Of a stretch of 64,000 nt of DNA, positions 50,290-59,584 are shown piece by piece. This DNA comes from Candidatus Limnocylindrales bacterium. Its GTDB lineage: Bacteria > Chloroflexota > Limnocylindria > Limnocylindrales > CSP1-4. Made by a program: the position numbers and the translations under genes. Within the stretch, counting starts at the first letter, position 1. Every line of letters starts with the position of its first letter. The stretch lies in assembly GCA_035699445.1 (NCBI GenBank), contig DASSPX010000132.1, positions 299 through 64,298 on the forward strand. The letters run 5' to 3'. The notes under the pieces were generated by a model. That model was not told the origin of the DNA. It ran no database searches and saw only the letters and a program-made list of their open reading frames with translations.

Positions 50290-50835
50290 ATGGGCCTGGC
50301 GGCTGGTGCGGCCGGCGTGCTGTTCGGGATCTCGATCGGGGCGCTCGCGGCGTTCTTCGCAACCCGGAACGAGCGCTTCGACCGCGTCTCGGAGTGGGCG
50401 TTCGTTGCCTTTGCCGTCGCCGCGATCCTCACGATGCTCACGGTGGGGCCGCTGCTGGCGGGCGGCGTGCCCGCGACGGCGCTGACCGCGATCGGCGTGA
50501 CCGGCGTCGCGGTCATCGGTGTCGGCGAGCTGGCGGTGGCACTCCGGCTCGTGGACTTCCGGCGCGTCTCCGCGGTGATCACGGCCGGCTTCCTCGCGTT
50601 CCTCGCCTGGGTCGGCGGCGTGTCGCTGCTCCTCATCGACTCGGTCCAGCTGGCGACTCTCGGCTGGCTCGGGCTGGCCGCCATCGCCGTCGGCACCGCC
50701 CTCGTCGGGCTCATTCTCGCCACACCCGGCGTGCTCACGGGGGCGGCGGAGCCCGACCCGCGCCTGATGACCGCGTTCTTCGTGCCGATGGCGGGCATCG
50801 TCGTCTGGCTGATCTGGCTGGGCACGGCGCTCTGA
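50290..50835 (+). CDS. Integral membrane protein, unknown function
   Basis: GAAGGAGG precedes the ATG at 50290. About six hydrophobic helices (GVLFGISIGALAAFFA..., WAFVAFAVAAILTML...). Confidence 0.65.
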   Translation: MGLAAGAAGVLFGISIGALAAFFATRNERFDRVSEWAFVAFAVAAILTMLTVGPLLAGGVPATALTAIGVTGVAVIGVGELAVALRLVDFRRVSAVITAGFLAFLAWVGGVSLLLIDSVQLATLGWLGLAAIAVGTALVGLILATPGVLTGAAEPDPRLMTAFFVPMAGIVVWLIWLGTAL

Positions 50836-50868
50836 CGGCCGGTCCCGGGCGCGACGGCCCCCGGAAGG

Positions 50869-51657
50869 TCAGTGGAGGATCTGGGCCAGGAACCGTCGCG
50901 TCCGCTCCTGCTCGGGCGCCTCGAAGATGCGGTGCGGCGGGCCCTCCTCCACGATCGCCCCGTGGTCCATGAACACCATCCGGTTGGCCACCGCGCGCGC
51001 GAACCCCATCTCGTGCGTCACGCACAGCATCGTCATGCCCGAGCCCGCCAGCTCGTGCATCACGTCGAGGACCTCCTTGATCATCTCGGGGTCCAGGGCG
51101 GACGTCGGCTCGTCGAACAGCATGATCTTCGGCTGCATGGCAAGCGCACGCGCGATCGCCACCCGCTGCTGCTGCCCGCCCGACAGCTGCGCGGGGTACT
51201 TGTGCGCCTGCTCGGGGATTCCCACCCGCTCGAGCAGCTCCATCGCGACCTCGTCCGCCTGCGGTCGGGTCCAGCCCCGGACGTGACGCGGCGCCAGGGT
51301 GATGTTCTCGAGCGCCGTGAGGTGCGGGAACAGGTTGAACTGCTGGAACACCATCCCGATCTCCCGCCGGACCGCGGCGATGTTGCGGACGTCATCGGTG
51401 AGCTCGATCCCGTCCACGACGATCGTGCCGCGCTGGTGCTTCTCGAGCCGGTTGATCGTCCGGATGAGCGTCGACTTTCCGGAGCCCGACGCACCGAAGA
51501 TCACGACCACCTCGCCGGCTCGGACGTCGAGGTCGATCCCGCGCAGCACGTGCAGCTGCCCGAACCACTTGTGGACGTCGCGGCAGGTGATGATCGGGGC
51601 GGCATCGGGAGCGTCCGGCGGGTCGTCCCGCCCCGGAACAGGCGGCACCTGCGTCAT
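50869..51657 (-). CDS. Polar amino-acid ABC transporter ATP-binding protein (AapP/GlnQ-like)
   Basis: [40 protein letters not shown]. The ATG overlaps the permease stop (ATGA). Confidence 0.95.
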   Translation of the reverse strand: MTQVPPVPGRDDPPDAPDAAPIITCRDVHKWFGQLHVLRGIDLDVRAGEVVVIFGASGSGKSTLIRTINRLEKHQRGTIVVDGIELTDDVRNIAAVRREIGMVFQQFNLFPHLTALENITLAPRHVRGWTRPQADEVAMELLERVGIPEQAHKYPAQLSGGQQQRVAIARALAMQPKIMLFDEPTSALDPEMIKEVLDVMHELAGSGMTMLCVTHEMGFARAVANRMVFMDHGAIVEEGPPHRIFEAPEQERTRRFLAQILH

Positions 51658-52853
51658 CGCGTTCCCACCCCGAGGCTGGCCTCCAGCCGGTAGCTCGCGC
51701 TCGAGAGCGCGGCGCAGAGCACGAAGAACACGGCGGCCACGAACACGTACACCTCCAGCTGCGCACCGAACCAGTCCGGCTGGGCGAGCACCGCGCGCCC
51801 GATGCCCAGCAGCTCGAGCAGCCCGACGATCACCACCAGCGTCGTGTCCTTGAGCAGGCTGATGAACAGCCCGACGTTGGCAGGGATGACCGCCCGAAGG
51901 GCCTGGGGGAGGACGATCAGCCGCGTCGTCTGGATCGACCCGAGGCCGAGTGCGTGGGCGGCCTCGATCTGGCCGCTCGGGATCGCCTGCAGGCCGCCGC
52001 GCACGTTCTCCGCGACGTATGCCGCGGAGAACAGCGTGATGCCGCCGATCGCGCGCGCGAGCCGGTCGATCCGGACGTCGCCGGGCAGGAACAGCGGCAG
52101 CAGCAGGTCGGCCATGAAGATGACCGTGATCAGGGGCACGCCGCGGATGAGCTCGATGTAGGCCGTCGACAGCAGGCGGATCGCGGGCAGCGAGCTCCGC
52201 CGGCCGAGCGCGAGGACCACGCCGAACGGGAACGACAGCACGATCCCGAAGGTCGCAATCAGGAACGTGAGCATGAGACCGCCCCAGAAGTTCGTGCCCA
52301 CGATCGGCAGCGGCAGCCCCGGCAGCCCGTAGAGCAGGACGAGGACGATCGGCGCCGAGGCGAGCCATGCCCAGCCGAGGACGCGGTTGCCGACGGGCAG
52401 CCGCGGCCCGGCAGCGAACGCCGCGATCGCGATCACGGCCACCGCGAGGAGCGCGACGACGACGCCCGGGCCCATGCCGGAGACTGCCGCAAGGCCGGCG
52501 AGCAGCAGGACGAAGGCGACGAGCGCCGATCCGAGTGTGCGAACGGCGCCGCCATGGCGGCCCGCCGAGACGCCGAGCAGCAGCCCGACCAGCACGAGGG
52601 AGAGCCAGATCCGCCACGCCTGGTCGAACGGATACTGGCCCACCAGGAACAGGCGCAGGTTGGAGGTGATCACTCCCCAGCGGGCGTCCGTGGTCGCCCA
52701 CGCGGCGATCCGCACGGTGACCCATGCGAGGAGCACCCCGACGACGATCGTCAGGACGGCGTCGTACCAGGTCGCGAACAGGTTGCGGCGGGCCCACGCG
52801 GCGGGCCCGAGCCGCGTCGACGGCGGCGGGAGCGTGTCGTGAATCACCGTCAC
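51654..52853 (-). CDS. Amino-acid ABC transporter permease (AapM-like)
   Basis: 399 aa, multi-TM. N-terminus [14 protein letters not shown] and the His/Glu/Gln-type permease core [13 protein letters not shown]. Confidence 0.9.
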   Translation of the reverse strand: MTVIHDTLPPPSTRLGPAAWARRNLFATWYDAVLTIVVGVLLAWVTVRIAAWATTDARWGVITSNLRLFLVGQYPFDQAWRIWLSLVLVGLLLGVSAGRHGGAVRTLGSALVAFVLLLAGLAAVSGMGPGVVVALLAVAVIAIAAFAAGPRLPVGNRVLGWAWLASAPIVLVLLYGLPGLPLPIVGTNFWGGLMLTFLIATFGIVLSFPFGVVLALGRRSSLPAIRLLSTAYIELIRGVPLITVIFMADLLLPLFLPGDVRIDRLARAIGGITLFSAAYVAENVRGGLQAIPSGQIEAAHALGLGSIQTTRLIVLPQALRAVIPANVGLFISLLKDTTLVVIVGLLELLGIGRAVLAQPDWFGAQLEVYVFVAAVFFVLCAALSSASYRLEASLGVGTR

Positions 52854-52854
52854 G

Positions 52855-54156
52855 TCAGCGCTCCATGACCTGGACGTGCCGGTTGTACAGGTTGAGCAGC
52901 CCGGACGTGACCAGGCTGATCGCCAGGTACGTCCCCATCACGAGCGCCACGACCGACACCGGCTGGCCTGTCTGGCTCGCGATCGTGGCGCTCACGTTGA
53001 ACAGGTCCGGGTAGCCGATCGCGATCGCGAGGCTCGAGTTCTTCGCCAGGTTGAGGTACTGGCTCGTCATCGGCGGGACGATCACCCGAAGCGCCTGCGG
53101 CAGGACGACCAGCCGCAGCGTGTGGCCCTCGGACAGGCCCAGGGCGCGGGCGGCCTCGACCTGGCCCCGCCGGACCGCGAGGATGCCGCCCCGCACGATC
53201 TCGCCGATGAACGCCGCCGTGTACAGCACGAGGCCCACGAGCAGCGCCGTGAACTCGGGCGAGAGAGCCATCCCGCCCACGAAGTTGAACCGCTGCGGGA
53301 GGGGCAGGTCGAGCAGGATCGGTCGCCGCTCCAGCGCGACCCAGCCGATGGCGACGATGGCGATCGCGACCAGGGCGCCGGCCGTGCCGAGCCGCCGCAC
53401 CGGGCGACCGCGCGCCTCCCGCCGGCGGGCGACGGCGCGTACAGCGAGCGCAACGATCAGGGCGACCAGGACGAGACCGAGCCACGGCACGAGCGTCGGC
53501 GACGGGGTCGGGGCCGGCAGGAACAGGCCGCGCTGGGACAGGTAGATCGAGCCCGGCAGCGCGATCGCCTGCGACACGGCGGGGAGCTGGAGCAGCACCG
53601 CGAAGTAGAGGAGGAACAGCTGCACGAGCAGCGGCGTGTTCCGTATCACCTCGACGTACGCGCCGGCCAGCTGGCGAACGAGCCAGTTCGACGACAGACG
53701 CGCGATCCCGACGAACAGCCCGAGCACGGTCGCGAGCACGATCCCGGAGACGCTCACGAACAGCGTGTTCAGCAGGCCGGCCAGGAATGCGCGGCCGTAC
53801 GTGTCGGTGGGCTGATAGTCGATCGGCGTCTCCGCGATCTCGAACCCGGCGGTCGCGTTCAGGAAGCCCAGGTTGAGCGTCATGCCCCGCTCGGACATCG
53901 CGCCGAGGAGGTTCCGGACGAGGAACCCGACGAGCAGCGCGACGCCGAGGACGACCGCGAGCTGGGTCGCGATGCCCAGCACGCGGGCGTCCCGCCACGG
54001 CGGCACGCCGCGATGCCCGGCGGGCGCAGGCGGCGTCACGGTGCGTGGGAACGACGAGCCGGATGGCGGGGGCGGCCCGCGGCCGTCACCGGACGGGGGC
54101 GCCGCCGGGGTGCCTACCGGTACGGCGGGGCGTACAGGAGCCCGCCGTCCGTCCAC
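52855..54156 (-). CDS. Amino-acid ABC transporter permease (AapQ-like)
   Basis: Multi-TM with core YVEVIRNTPLLVQLFLLYF. Start uncertain: the track start 54156 overlaps the binding-protein gene by 43 nt; an in-frame GTG at 54039 is an alternative. Confidence 0.85.
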   Translation of the reverse strand: MDGRRAPVRPAVPVGTPAAPPSGDGRGPPPPSGSSFPRTVTPPAPAGHRGVPPWRDARVLGIATQLAVVLGVALLVGFLVRNLLGAMSERGMTLNLGFLNATAGFEIAETPIDYQPTDTYGRAFLAGLLNTLFVSVSGIVLATVLGLFVGIARLSSNWLVRQLAGAYVEVIRNTPLLVQLFLLYFAVLLQLPAVSQAIALPGSIYLSQRGLFLPAPTPSPTLVPWLGLVLVALIVALAVRAVARRREARGRPVRRLGTAGALVAIAIVAIGWVALERRPILLDLPLPQRFNFVGGMALSPEFTALLVGLVLYTAAFIGEIVRGGILAVRRGQVEAARALGLSEGHTLRLVVLPQALRVIVPPMTSQYLNLAKNSSLAIAIGYPDLFNVSATIASQTGQPVSVVALVMGTYLAISLVTSGLLNLYNRHVQVMER

Positions 54157-55253
54157 AGCTGGTTGAGCCCGCGATCGAGCGCGAACGGCGTGTCCGGACC
54201 GAGGTTCCGGTCGTAGATCTCACCGTAGTTGCCGACCGCCGAGATGACGTCGACCACCCAGTCGTTGCTGAGGCCAAGCGTGGCGCCCAGCTCGCCCTCG
54301 GCGCCCAGCAGCCGGCGCACGACCGGGTTCTGGCTGGCGCTCGCCTCCTGCTGCACGTTCGCCGAGGTCAGGCCGAGCTCCTCCGCCTCGATCGTGGCGA
54401 AGACCGTCCACTTCACGACGTTGAACCACTGGTCGTCTCCCAGCGGGGCCACCGGTCCCAGCGGCTCCTTCGACATCACCACGTCGAGGATGACGTGGTC
54501 GTCGGGGTTCGCGAACGTCGTCCGGCGGGCGACCAGCTGTGAGCGGTCGCTCGTCACGGCGTCGCAGCGGCCCTGCTCGTAGGCCTGGTAGGTCGCGTCG
54601 ATCTCCGAGAACACGAGCGGCTCGAACTGGACGCCGAGCGCGCGCATCTGGTCGGTGAGGTTCAGCTCCGTCGTGGTGCCCGACTGGACGCAGATCGTGG
54701 CGCCGCCGAGGTCCTCGAGGCGCTGGGCGCCCGTCTCGGCGGTGACCATCATGCCCTGACCGTCATAGAAGGTCGTCGGCGCGAACAGGCCCCACGTCGT
54801 GTCGCGGGTGACGGTCCACGTCGTGTTGCGGATGAGGACGTCGATCTCGCCCGCCTGGAGGGCCGGCCCGCGCTGGTCCGCGGTCAGCGGCCGGAACTCG
54901 ACCGCATCGGCATCGCCGAGCGCCGCTGCCGCGATCGCGCGACAGAAGTCCACGTCGAAGCCCGAGAACTGGCCGGAGCCCTCGTCGAGGACGCTGAAGC
55001 CGGGCAGACCGCCGTTGACGCCGCAGACCAGCTGCCCGCGACCCTGGACGGCAGCCAGCCTACCGCCTGCGACGGGCGGTGCCGGGGTTGCCGCAGCCGA
55101 CTCGGCGGGCGATTCGGCGGCCGACGGCGATGCGATCGCCGACGGGCTGGCCGAGCCCGCTGGCGGGGCCGACGGGGGTGTGGTCGTCTCGCACGCTGCG
55201 AGGACGAGCGCGGTCAGCGCAAGGCCGACACGCACGACCAGGGAACGAGCCAC
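54114..55253 (-). CDS. Amino-acid ABC transporter substrate-binding lipoprotein (AapJ-like)
   Basis: GTG 55253 is preceded by GGAGGAGG. Signal ARSLVVRVGLALTALVLAAC. Family-3 SBP blocks GQLVCGVNGGLPGFS and GFDVDFCRAIAAA. Confidence 0.9.
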   Translation of the reverse strand: MARSLVVRVGLALTALVLAACETTTPPSAPPAGSASPSAIASPSAAESPAESAAATPAPPVAGGRLAAVQGRGQLVCGVNGGLPGFSVLDEGSGQFSGFDVDFCRAIAAAALGDADAVEFRPLTADQRGPALQAGEIDVLIRNTTWTVTRDTTWGLFAPTTFYDGQGMMVTAETGAQRLEDLGGATICVQSGTTTELNLTDQMRALGVQFEPLVFSEIDATYQAYEQGRCDAVTSDRSQLVARRTTFANPDDHVILDVVMSKEPLGPVAPLGDDQWFNVVKWTVFATIEAEELGLTSANVQQEASASQNPVVRRLLGAEGELGATLGLSNDWVVDVISAVGNYGEIYDRNLGPDTPFALDRGLNQLWTDGGLLYAPPYR

Positions 55254-55417
55254 GGCGCCTCCTCCATGACTTCTCGCCCGGGACGTGGCGAGGAAACCCC
55301 GTCGCATCCGGGCACGTTCCGCGACCTTAGCAGCGGTCATCGCCCCGTTATGACGCTGCAATGGAGCTTGGCCCGATCGCAAGGAGATGCTGCGGCCATG
55401 GCGACACGTGAGCCGGA

Positions 55418-55948
55418 TCAGCGCACCGAGCCGTCCAGCCGGCGCGCGAGCTCGCCCACCCGCCCGCCGCCCGGCGGCGCCGCCGGGTAGCGGCGCAGGA
55501 CGTCCCGGACGACGGGAGAGGCGAGAGCTGCCGATTGCGAGATCCGGTCCGCGCCGGCCGCGCGACCGTCACCCGCGACGAGCTCGAACGCCCGGGCCGC
55601 GTGCGCGGCCGCGCCGAGAATGTGGGCGACCTGCGTCGCCTTCGCCAGCGGGTGGAGGAATGCCGCCCCGGCCGCCGCGCTGGCCGCACGGGCTGCCTCG
55701 CTCGCCGCTGCCTGCCCCGCCTCGCGAGCCTCCCGGGCTGCCTGGAGCGCCGCCCACGCCCCATCGCGCAGGGCTTTCGTTCGCCGGCCGCCACCCGCGA
55801 ACGCCTCCGCCACTTCGATCGCCCTGCGCGGCCGGTCGTCGGCGAATCGCTCGCGCTCGTAGATCTCCAGGGCCGGCCGGGCGCACGCGGCCGCGAAGCC
55901 GGCGATGGCGCGAAGCTCGGCGAGGCTCAACTCGACGGTAAGGGCCAT
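55418..55948 (-). CDS. Hypothetical Ala-rich helical protein
   Basis: 176 aa from ATG 55948. MALTVELSLAELRAIAGFAAACARPALEIYERERFADDRPRRAIEVAEAFAGGGRRTKALRD... looks like a real all-alpha protein. Family not named with confidence. Confidence 0.55.
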   Translation of the reverse strand: MALTVELSLAELRAIAGFAAACARPALEIYERERFADDRPRRAIEVAEAFAGGGRRTKALRDGAWAALQAAREAREAGQAAASEAARAASAAAGAAFLHPLAKATQVAHILGAAAHAARAFELVAGDGRAAGADRISQSAALASPVVRDVLRRYPAAPPGGGRVGELARRLDGSVR

Positions 55949-56016
55949 GCGGCGATCATCCCCCATCGAGGCTCGCGCACCGGCCAAGCGCCGGCAGTCC
56001 AGCCGCCCCGACCCCG

Positions 56017-56022
56017 TAGACT
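56017..56022 (+). promoter_or_regulatory. Candidate -10 box TAGACT for tRNA-Arg
   Basis: TAGACT lies 14 nt upstream of the mature tRNA 5' end. Confidence 0.3.
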
Positions 56023-56035
56023 GAGCTGCCGCCTC

Positions 56036-56112
56036 GCCCCCGTAGCTCAGTGGACCAGAGCAGCCGCCTTCTAAGCGGGAGGTCGCAGGTTCGAATCCTG
56101 CCGGGGGCGCCA
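56036..56112 (+). tRNA. tRNA-Arg (anticodon UCU)
   Basis: Acceptor GCCCCCG/CGGGGGC, D arm GCTC..GAGC, anticodon loop CT-TCT-AA (56070-56072), T arm GCAGG-TTCGAAT-CCTGC, discriminator G. CCA is encoded. Confidence 0.9.
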
Positions 56113-56284
56113 TTCGCCTGCCGGTGTCGCACTGCACCAATCTGGTACTCCCGGCAGGACGAGAGTACGGCTTGGCGCGTGCCACATCCAACCTCGACAC
56201 TCCGCCCAGAACAGGGCCGGACCTCACCTCGCGTGCCCCGACCGGGACGGAGCGGCCCCTGATACAGCAGAGGCGAATCGATCG

Positions 56285-56479
56285 ATGGCATCCATGGCCG
56301 TCAATGACCTGGGACCGATGCTCACCGCCTCCGAGGTCGCCGAGATGCTCCACCTGCACGTCAACACGGTGAAGCGGCTCGGGGACCGCGGCGAGCTTCC
56401 TTTCTACCGCGTGTGCAAGCGCGGCGACCGCCGCTTCCGGCTCGAGGACGTGATGGCGTTCCTCACCCGGAACCGCTAG
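56285..56479 (+). CDS. Excisionase/MerR-type helix-turn-helix DNA-binding protein
   Basis: 64 aa. MLTASEVAEMLHLHVNTVKRLGDRGELPFYRVCKRGDRRFRLEDVMAFL fits the Xis-family HTH pattern (LT..E.A..L.V...TV.RL...GELP..RV......R....DV..FL). Confidence 0.75.
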   Translation: MASMAVNDLGPMLTASEVAEMLHLHVNTVKRLGDRGELPFYRVCKRGDRRFRLEDVMAFLTRNR

Positions 56480-56536
56480 CCGCTCCCTTCCGCTGCCAGC
56501 CATTCACCCGGGCACCGTCCGGGTCTCGGGTTCTCC

Positions 56537-56570
56537 GCACAACGCCCGCCGGCCCAGGCGGGCGTTGTGC
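56537..56570 (+). terminator. Strong hairpin after the Xis-like gene
   Basis: GCACAACGCCCGCC (56537-56550) pairs perfectly with GGCGGGCGTTGTGC (56557-56570). Loop is 6 nt. Confidence 0.55.
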
Positions 56571-56630
56571 GTTGCCGAAGCCGGCATCGGAGGGGGCGCG
56601 CCGCCCGCCGACCTGAGGGCCGCCGACCTT

Positions 56631-56880
56631 GCGCCACGTACGCCCCCGGTGCGTCACAACGGGTCCGCACCTGCGCCGTCGCGCCACGTACGCGCCCGGT
56701 GCGTGATACCGGACAGCAGCCGCTCCTCTCGCACCGTGTAGGCGTCGGCTGCGTGGTCGGTGCAACAGGGCGCCCGCCCGCGCGCCTTCCACGCGTGTGG
56801 CGCGTACCCGGGGCGACACCGCGTCGGGCGTGCCGGTTGTACGCGCCCGATGCGTGCTCCAGCACGCCGGATCCCCCGCC
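56631..56880. repeat. Degenerate tandem array, five units phased at 50-51 bp, plus a related sixth element at about 56900-56917
   Basis: Unit cores: 56631 GCGCCACGTACGCCCCCGGTGCGTC and 56681 GCGCCACGTACGCGCCCGGTGCGTG (24/25 identical). Weaker copies at 56731 (GCACCGTGTAGGCGTCGGCTGCGTG), 56782 and 56832 (GCCGGTTGTACGCGCCCGATGCGTG). A period of 50 is not a multiple of 3. Confidence 0.7.
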
Positions 56881-56946
56881 AACGACACACGCCGCGAGGG
56901 GACGCACTCGGTGCGTGCCCGGTGCGGAGGGTCGGTTCCGCGCCCG

Positions 56947-58251
56947 CTAACCCCCCGCGAGCGCCCGTTCGAAGATCCCGAGCGCCTCCTCGACCTCCGG
57001 GACCGTCACGTTCAGCGGCGGGATCCAGCGCACCACCTGGTGCTGGATCCCAGCCGTCAGGATGAGCAACCCCGCGTCGACGCACCGCTTCGCGACCGCC
57101 TCGGCGAGCGCCCCGTCCGGTTCCCGGGTGGCGCGGTCCTTCACGAACTCCACGCCGATCATCAGGCCCGGCCCTCGGACGTCGCCGATCGCAGGGTGCT
57201 CGGCCATCAGCTCCCGCAGGCCGCCGGTCAGCTCGGCGCCGCGCGCGGCCGCGTTCTCCACCAGCCGCTCGTCGCGGATCGTCTCGAGCACCGCCACCCC
57301 CGCGGCGCACGCCACCGGGTTGCCGCCGTACGTCGACCCGTGCGCGCCGCGGCCCCACCGCTCGTGCACCTCGCGCCGGGCGACGATCGCCGACAGGGGC
57401 AGGCCGTTGGCGACGGCCTTCGCAACCGCCACGACGTCCGGCACGACGCCCGCGTGCTCGAACGCCCACATCTTCCCCGTCCGGCCGTAGCCGCACTGGA
57501 CCTCGTCGAAGATGAGCAGGATCCCGTGCGCGTCGCAGCGCTCGCGCAGTCCGCGCAGGAACGCCGCGGGAGCGGGGTAGTAGCCTCCCTCGCCCTGCAC
57601 CGGCTCGATGAGGATCGCCGCGGTCGCCGACGGGGCGACCGTGGTCGCGAACAGCTCGTCGAGCGCGGCGAGGCACTGCTCGACCGCGCGCTCCTCGTCG
57701 CCCCCGAAGTCCCGGTAGACGGCGGGGAACGGGGCCAGGTACACGCCGGGCATGAGCGGCTCGTATCCCAGCCGGTAGTTCAGGTTCGAGCTGGTGACGC
57801 TTGCCGCCCCGATGGTCCGGCCGTGGAATGCGCCCCGGAAGGCGATGACTGCCGGGCGGCCGGTGACCCGCCGGGCGAGCTTGAGCGCGCCGTCGATGGC
57901 CTCCGAGCCGGAGTTGAGGAAGATCACCGTGTCCAGCGGCGCGGGAAACGTCTCCGCGAGCATCACGCTCAGCCGGGCGGTCGACTCGGCGATCCCGAAC
58001 GCGTGGACCGGCCCCATCAGGCGGTCGACCTGCTCGTGCACCGCAGCGAGGACGCGCGGGTGGGCATGCCCGAGCGCGGTGACCGCGATCCCGTTCGCGA
58101 AGTCGAGGTACGCCCTGCCGGAGGTGTCGTACAGGCGGTGACCCTCGCCGTGGCTCCAGCTCTTCTCCATGTACCGGCCCAGGACCGGGGACATCGCCGG
58201 CCGCGAGAGCGCGATGAGGTCGAGGGCGTCGGTCTGTTCGGTCGTGGCCAT
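56947..58251 (-). CDS. Class III (GabT/ornithine-type) PLP-dependent aminotransferase
   Basis: ATG 58251. LNSGSEAIDGALKLAR, LIFDEVQCGYGRTGKMWAFEH, VAVAKAVANGLPL (PLP lysine), GSTYGGNP. Confidence 0.9.
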   Translation of the reverse strand: MATTEQTDALDLIALSRPAMSPVLGRYMEKSWSHGEGHRLYDTSGRAYLDFANGIAVTALGHAHPRVLAAVHEQVDRLMGPVHAFGIAESTARLSVMLAETFPAPLDTVIFLNSGSEAIDGALKLARRVTGRPAVIAFRGAFHGRTIGAASVTSSNLNYRLGYEPLMPGVYLAPFPAVYRDFGGDEERAVEQCLAALDELFATTVAPSATAAILIEPVQGEGGYYPAPAAFLRGLRERCDAHGILLIFDEVQCGYGRTGKMWAFEHAGVVPDVVAVAKAVANGLPLSAIVARREVHERWGRGAHGSTYGGNPVACAAGVAVLETIRDERLVENAAARGAELTGGLRELMAEHPAIGDVRGPGLMIGVEFVKDRATREPDGALAEAVAKRCVDAGLLILTAGIQHQVVRWIPPLNVTVPEVEEALGIFERALAGG

Positions 58252-58329
58252 CGCGCCGGAGTGTATCGGCGGCGCACCCGGCTCCAGCCGCCGCGGCGCG
58301 GATCCGCGCGGCCCTGCCCGTCCACGACC

Positions 58330-58338
58330 TGCCACAAT
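58330..58338 (+). promoter_or_regulatory. Candidate extended -10 (TGcCACAAT) giving a leaderless mRNA
   Basis: TGCCACAAT ends exactly 7 nt before the ATG at 58346. No SD. Confidence 0.4.
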
Positions 58339-58345
58339 CCGCCCG

Positions 58346-59548
58346 ATGGTCGACTTCACGCTCACCGACGAGCAGCGGCTCGTCCGCGACGCCGCCCGGG
58401 CCTTCGCCGAGGCGGAGATCCTGCCCCACATCCGCGACTGGGACACCGGTGACGGCTACCCGCGCGACATCCTCGACCGGCTGGCCGAGCAGGGGTTCCT
58501 CGGCGCGCCGCTCCCCGAGCGCTACGGCGGCGGGGGCATGGACTACGTCAGCTTCGCGCTCCTGTGCGAGGAGCTCGAGCGCGCCGACACGTCGTTCCGG
58601 GTGATCCAGAGCGTGCACGTCGGGCTGAACTCGCTCGCGCTGCTCCAGTGGGCCACCGAGGACCAGCGCCAGCGCTGGCTGGTGCCGCAGGCGACCGGCC
58701 GGAAGATCGCCACGTTCGGCCTCACGGAGCCCGGCGTGGGCACGGACGCCGGCAACCTGCAGACGACCGCCCGTCGAGATGGCGACAGCTACGTGCTCAA
58801 CGGCAGCAAGATCTGGATCTCGCTCGCGGACGTCGCGGACCACTTCCTCGTGTTCGCGACGATCGACCGGTCGAGGAAGCACAAGGGCATCACCGCGTTC
58901 ATGCTCGAGCGAGGCATGCCCGGGCTGACGACAGGCACCCTCCACGGCAAGCTCGGCATCCGGGCGGGCAACACCGGGCTCATCAACCTCGACGACGTGC
59001 GGGTGCCGATCGAGCACCGGATCGGTGAGGAGGGGGAGGGGTTCCTGGTCGCGATGAGCGCCATCGACCAGGGGCGGTTCACGGTCGCGGCGGGCGCGGT
59101 CGGGCTCGCCCAGGCATGCCTCGACGCGAGCGTGAAGTACGCGCGCGAGCGGCAGACGTTCGGCGAGGAGATCGGGCGCCACCAGCTCGTGAAGGAGCTG
59201 ATCGCGAACATGGTCCGCGGCATCGAGGCCGGGCGGCTCCTCGTGTGGCGCGCCGCCGCGCTGAAGAACCGCGGACTGCGGAACACGCGCGAGACGAGCC
59301 TCGCGAAGTGGCACGCCACCGAGCACAGCGTCCAGTGCGCACTCGACGCGATCCAGATCCACGGCGCGAACGGCTACTCGAACGAGTTCCCGGTCGAGCG
59401 CTACCTGCGCAACTCGAAGGCGGCCGTGATCTACGAGGGCACGAGCCAGCTCCACACGCTCATCCAGGCCGACTACGCACTCGGCTACCGCGACGACCGG
59501 CCGCTCCGCTGCGAGCCCTGGCCGGCGGACGGCTTCGAGCGCGGCTGA
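58346..59548 (+). CDS. Acyl-CoA dehydrogenase (glutaryl-CoA dehydrogenase-like)
   Basis: 400 aa. MVDFTLTDEQRLVRDAARAF..., GLTEPGVGTDAGN, IHGANGYSNEFPVERYLRNSKAAVIYEGTSQLHTLI. Confidence 0.9.
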   Translation: MVDFTLTDEQRLVRDAARAFAEAEILPHIRDWDTGDGYPRDILDRLAEQGFLGAPLPERYGGGGMDYVSFALLCEELERADTSFRVIQSVHVGLNSLALLQWATEDQRQRWLVPQATGRKIATFGLTEPGVGTDAGNLQTTARRDGDSYVLNGSKIWISLADVADHFLVFATIDRSRKHKGITAFMLERGMPGLTTGTLHGKLGIRAGNTGLINLDDVRVPIEHRIGEEGEGFLVAMSAIDQGRFTVAAGAVGLAQACLDASVKYARERQTFGEEIGRHQLVKELIANMVRGIEAGRLLVWRAAALKNRGLRNTRETSLAKWHATEHSVQCALDAIQIHGANGYSNEFPVERYLRNSKAAVIYEGTSQLHTLIQADYALGYRDDRPLRCEPWPADGFERG

Positions 59549-59584
59549 TCCCGCGCCGCCCGGCGCCCCCGCGCCGACGCGTCA

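Noticed and set aside
56590-56605. GGGGGCGCGCC as a possible attR copy of the tRNA-Arg 3' end (GGGGGCGCCA)
   Set aside because: The match is 8-9 nt of pure G/C, not significant in this composition. No longer duplicate of the tRNA 3' half was seen anywhere in the window.
56631-56880. CRISPR array interpretation of the 50-bp repeats
   Set aside because: The period (50 bp) and unit structure (about 25-nt repeat plus about 25-nt spacer) are too short. Repeats degrade rapidly along the array, there are only five or six units, and no cas genes are in the window.
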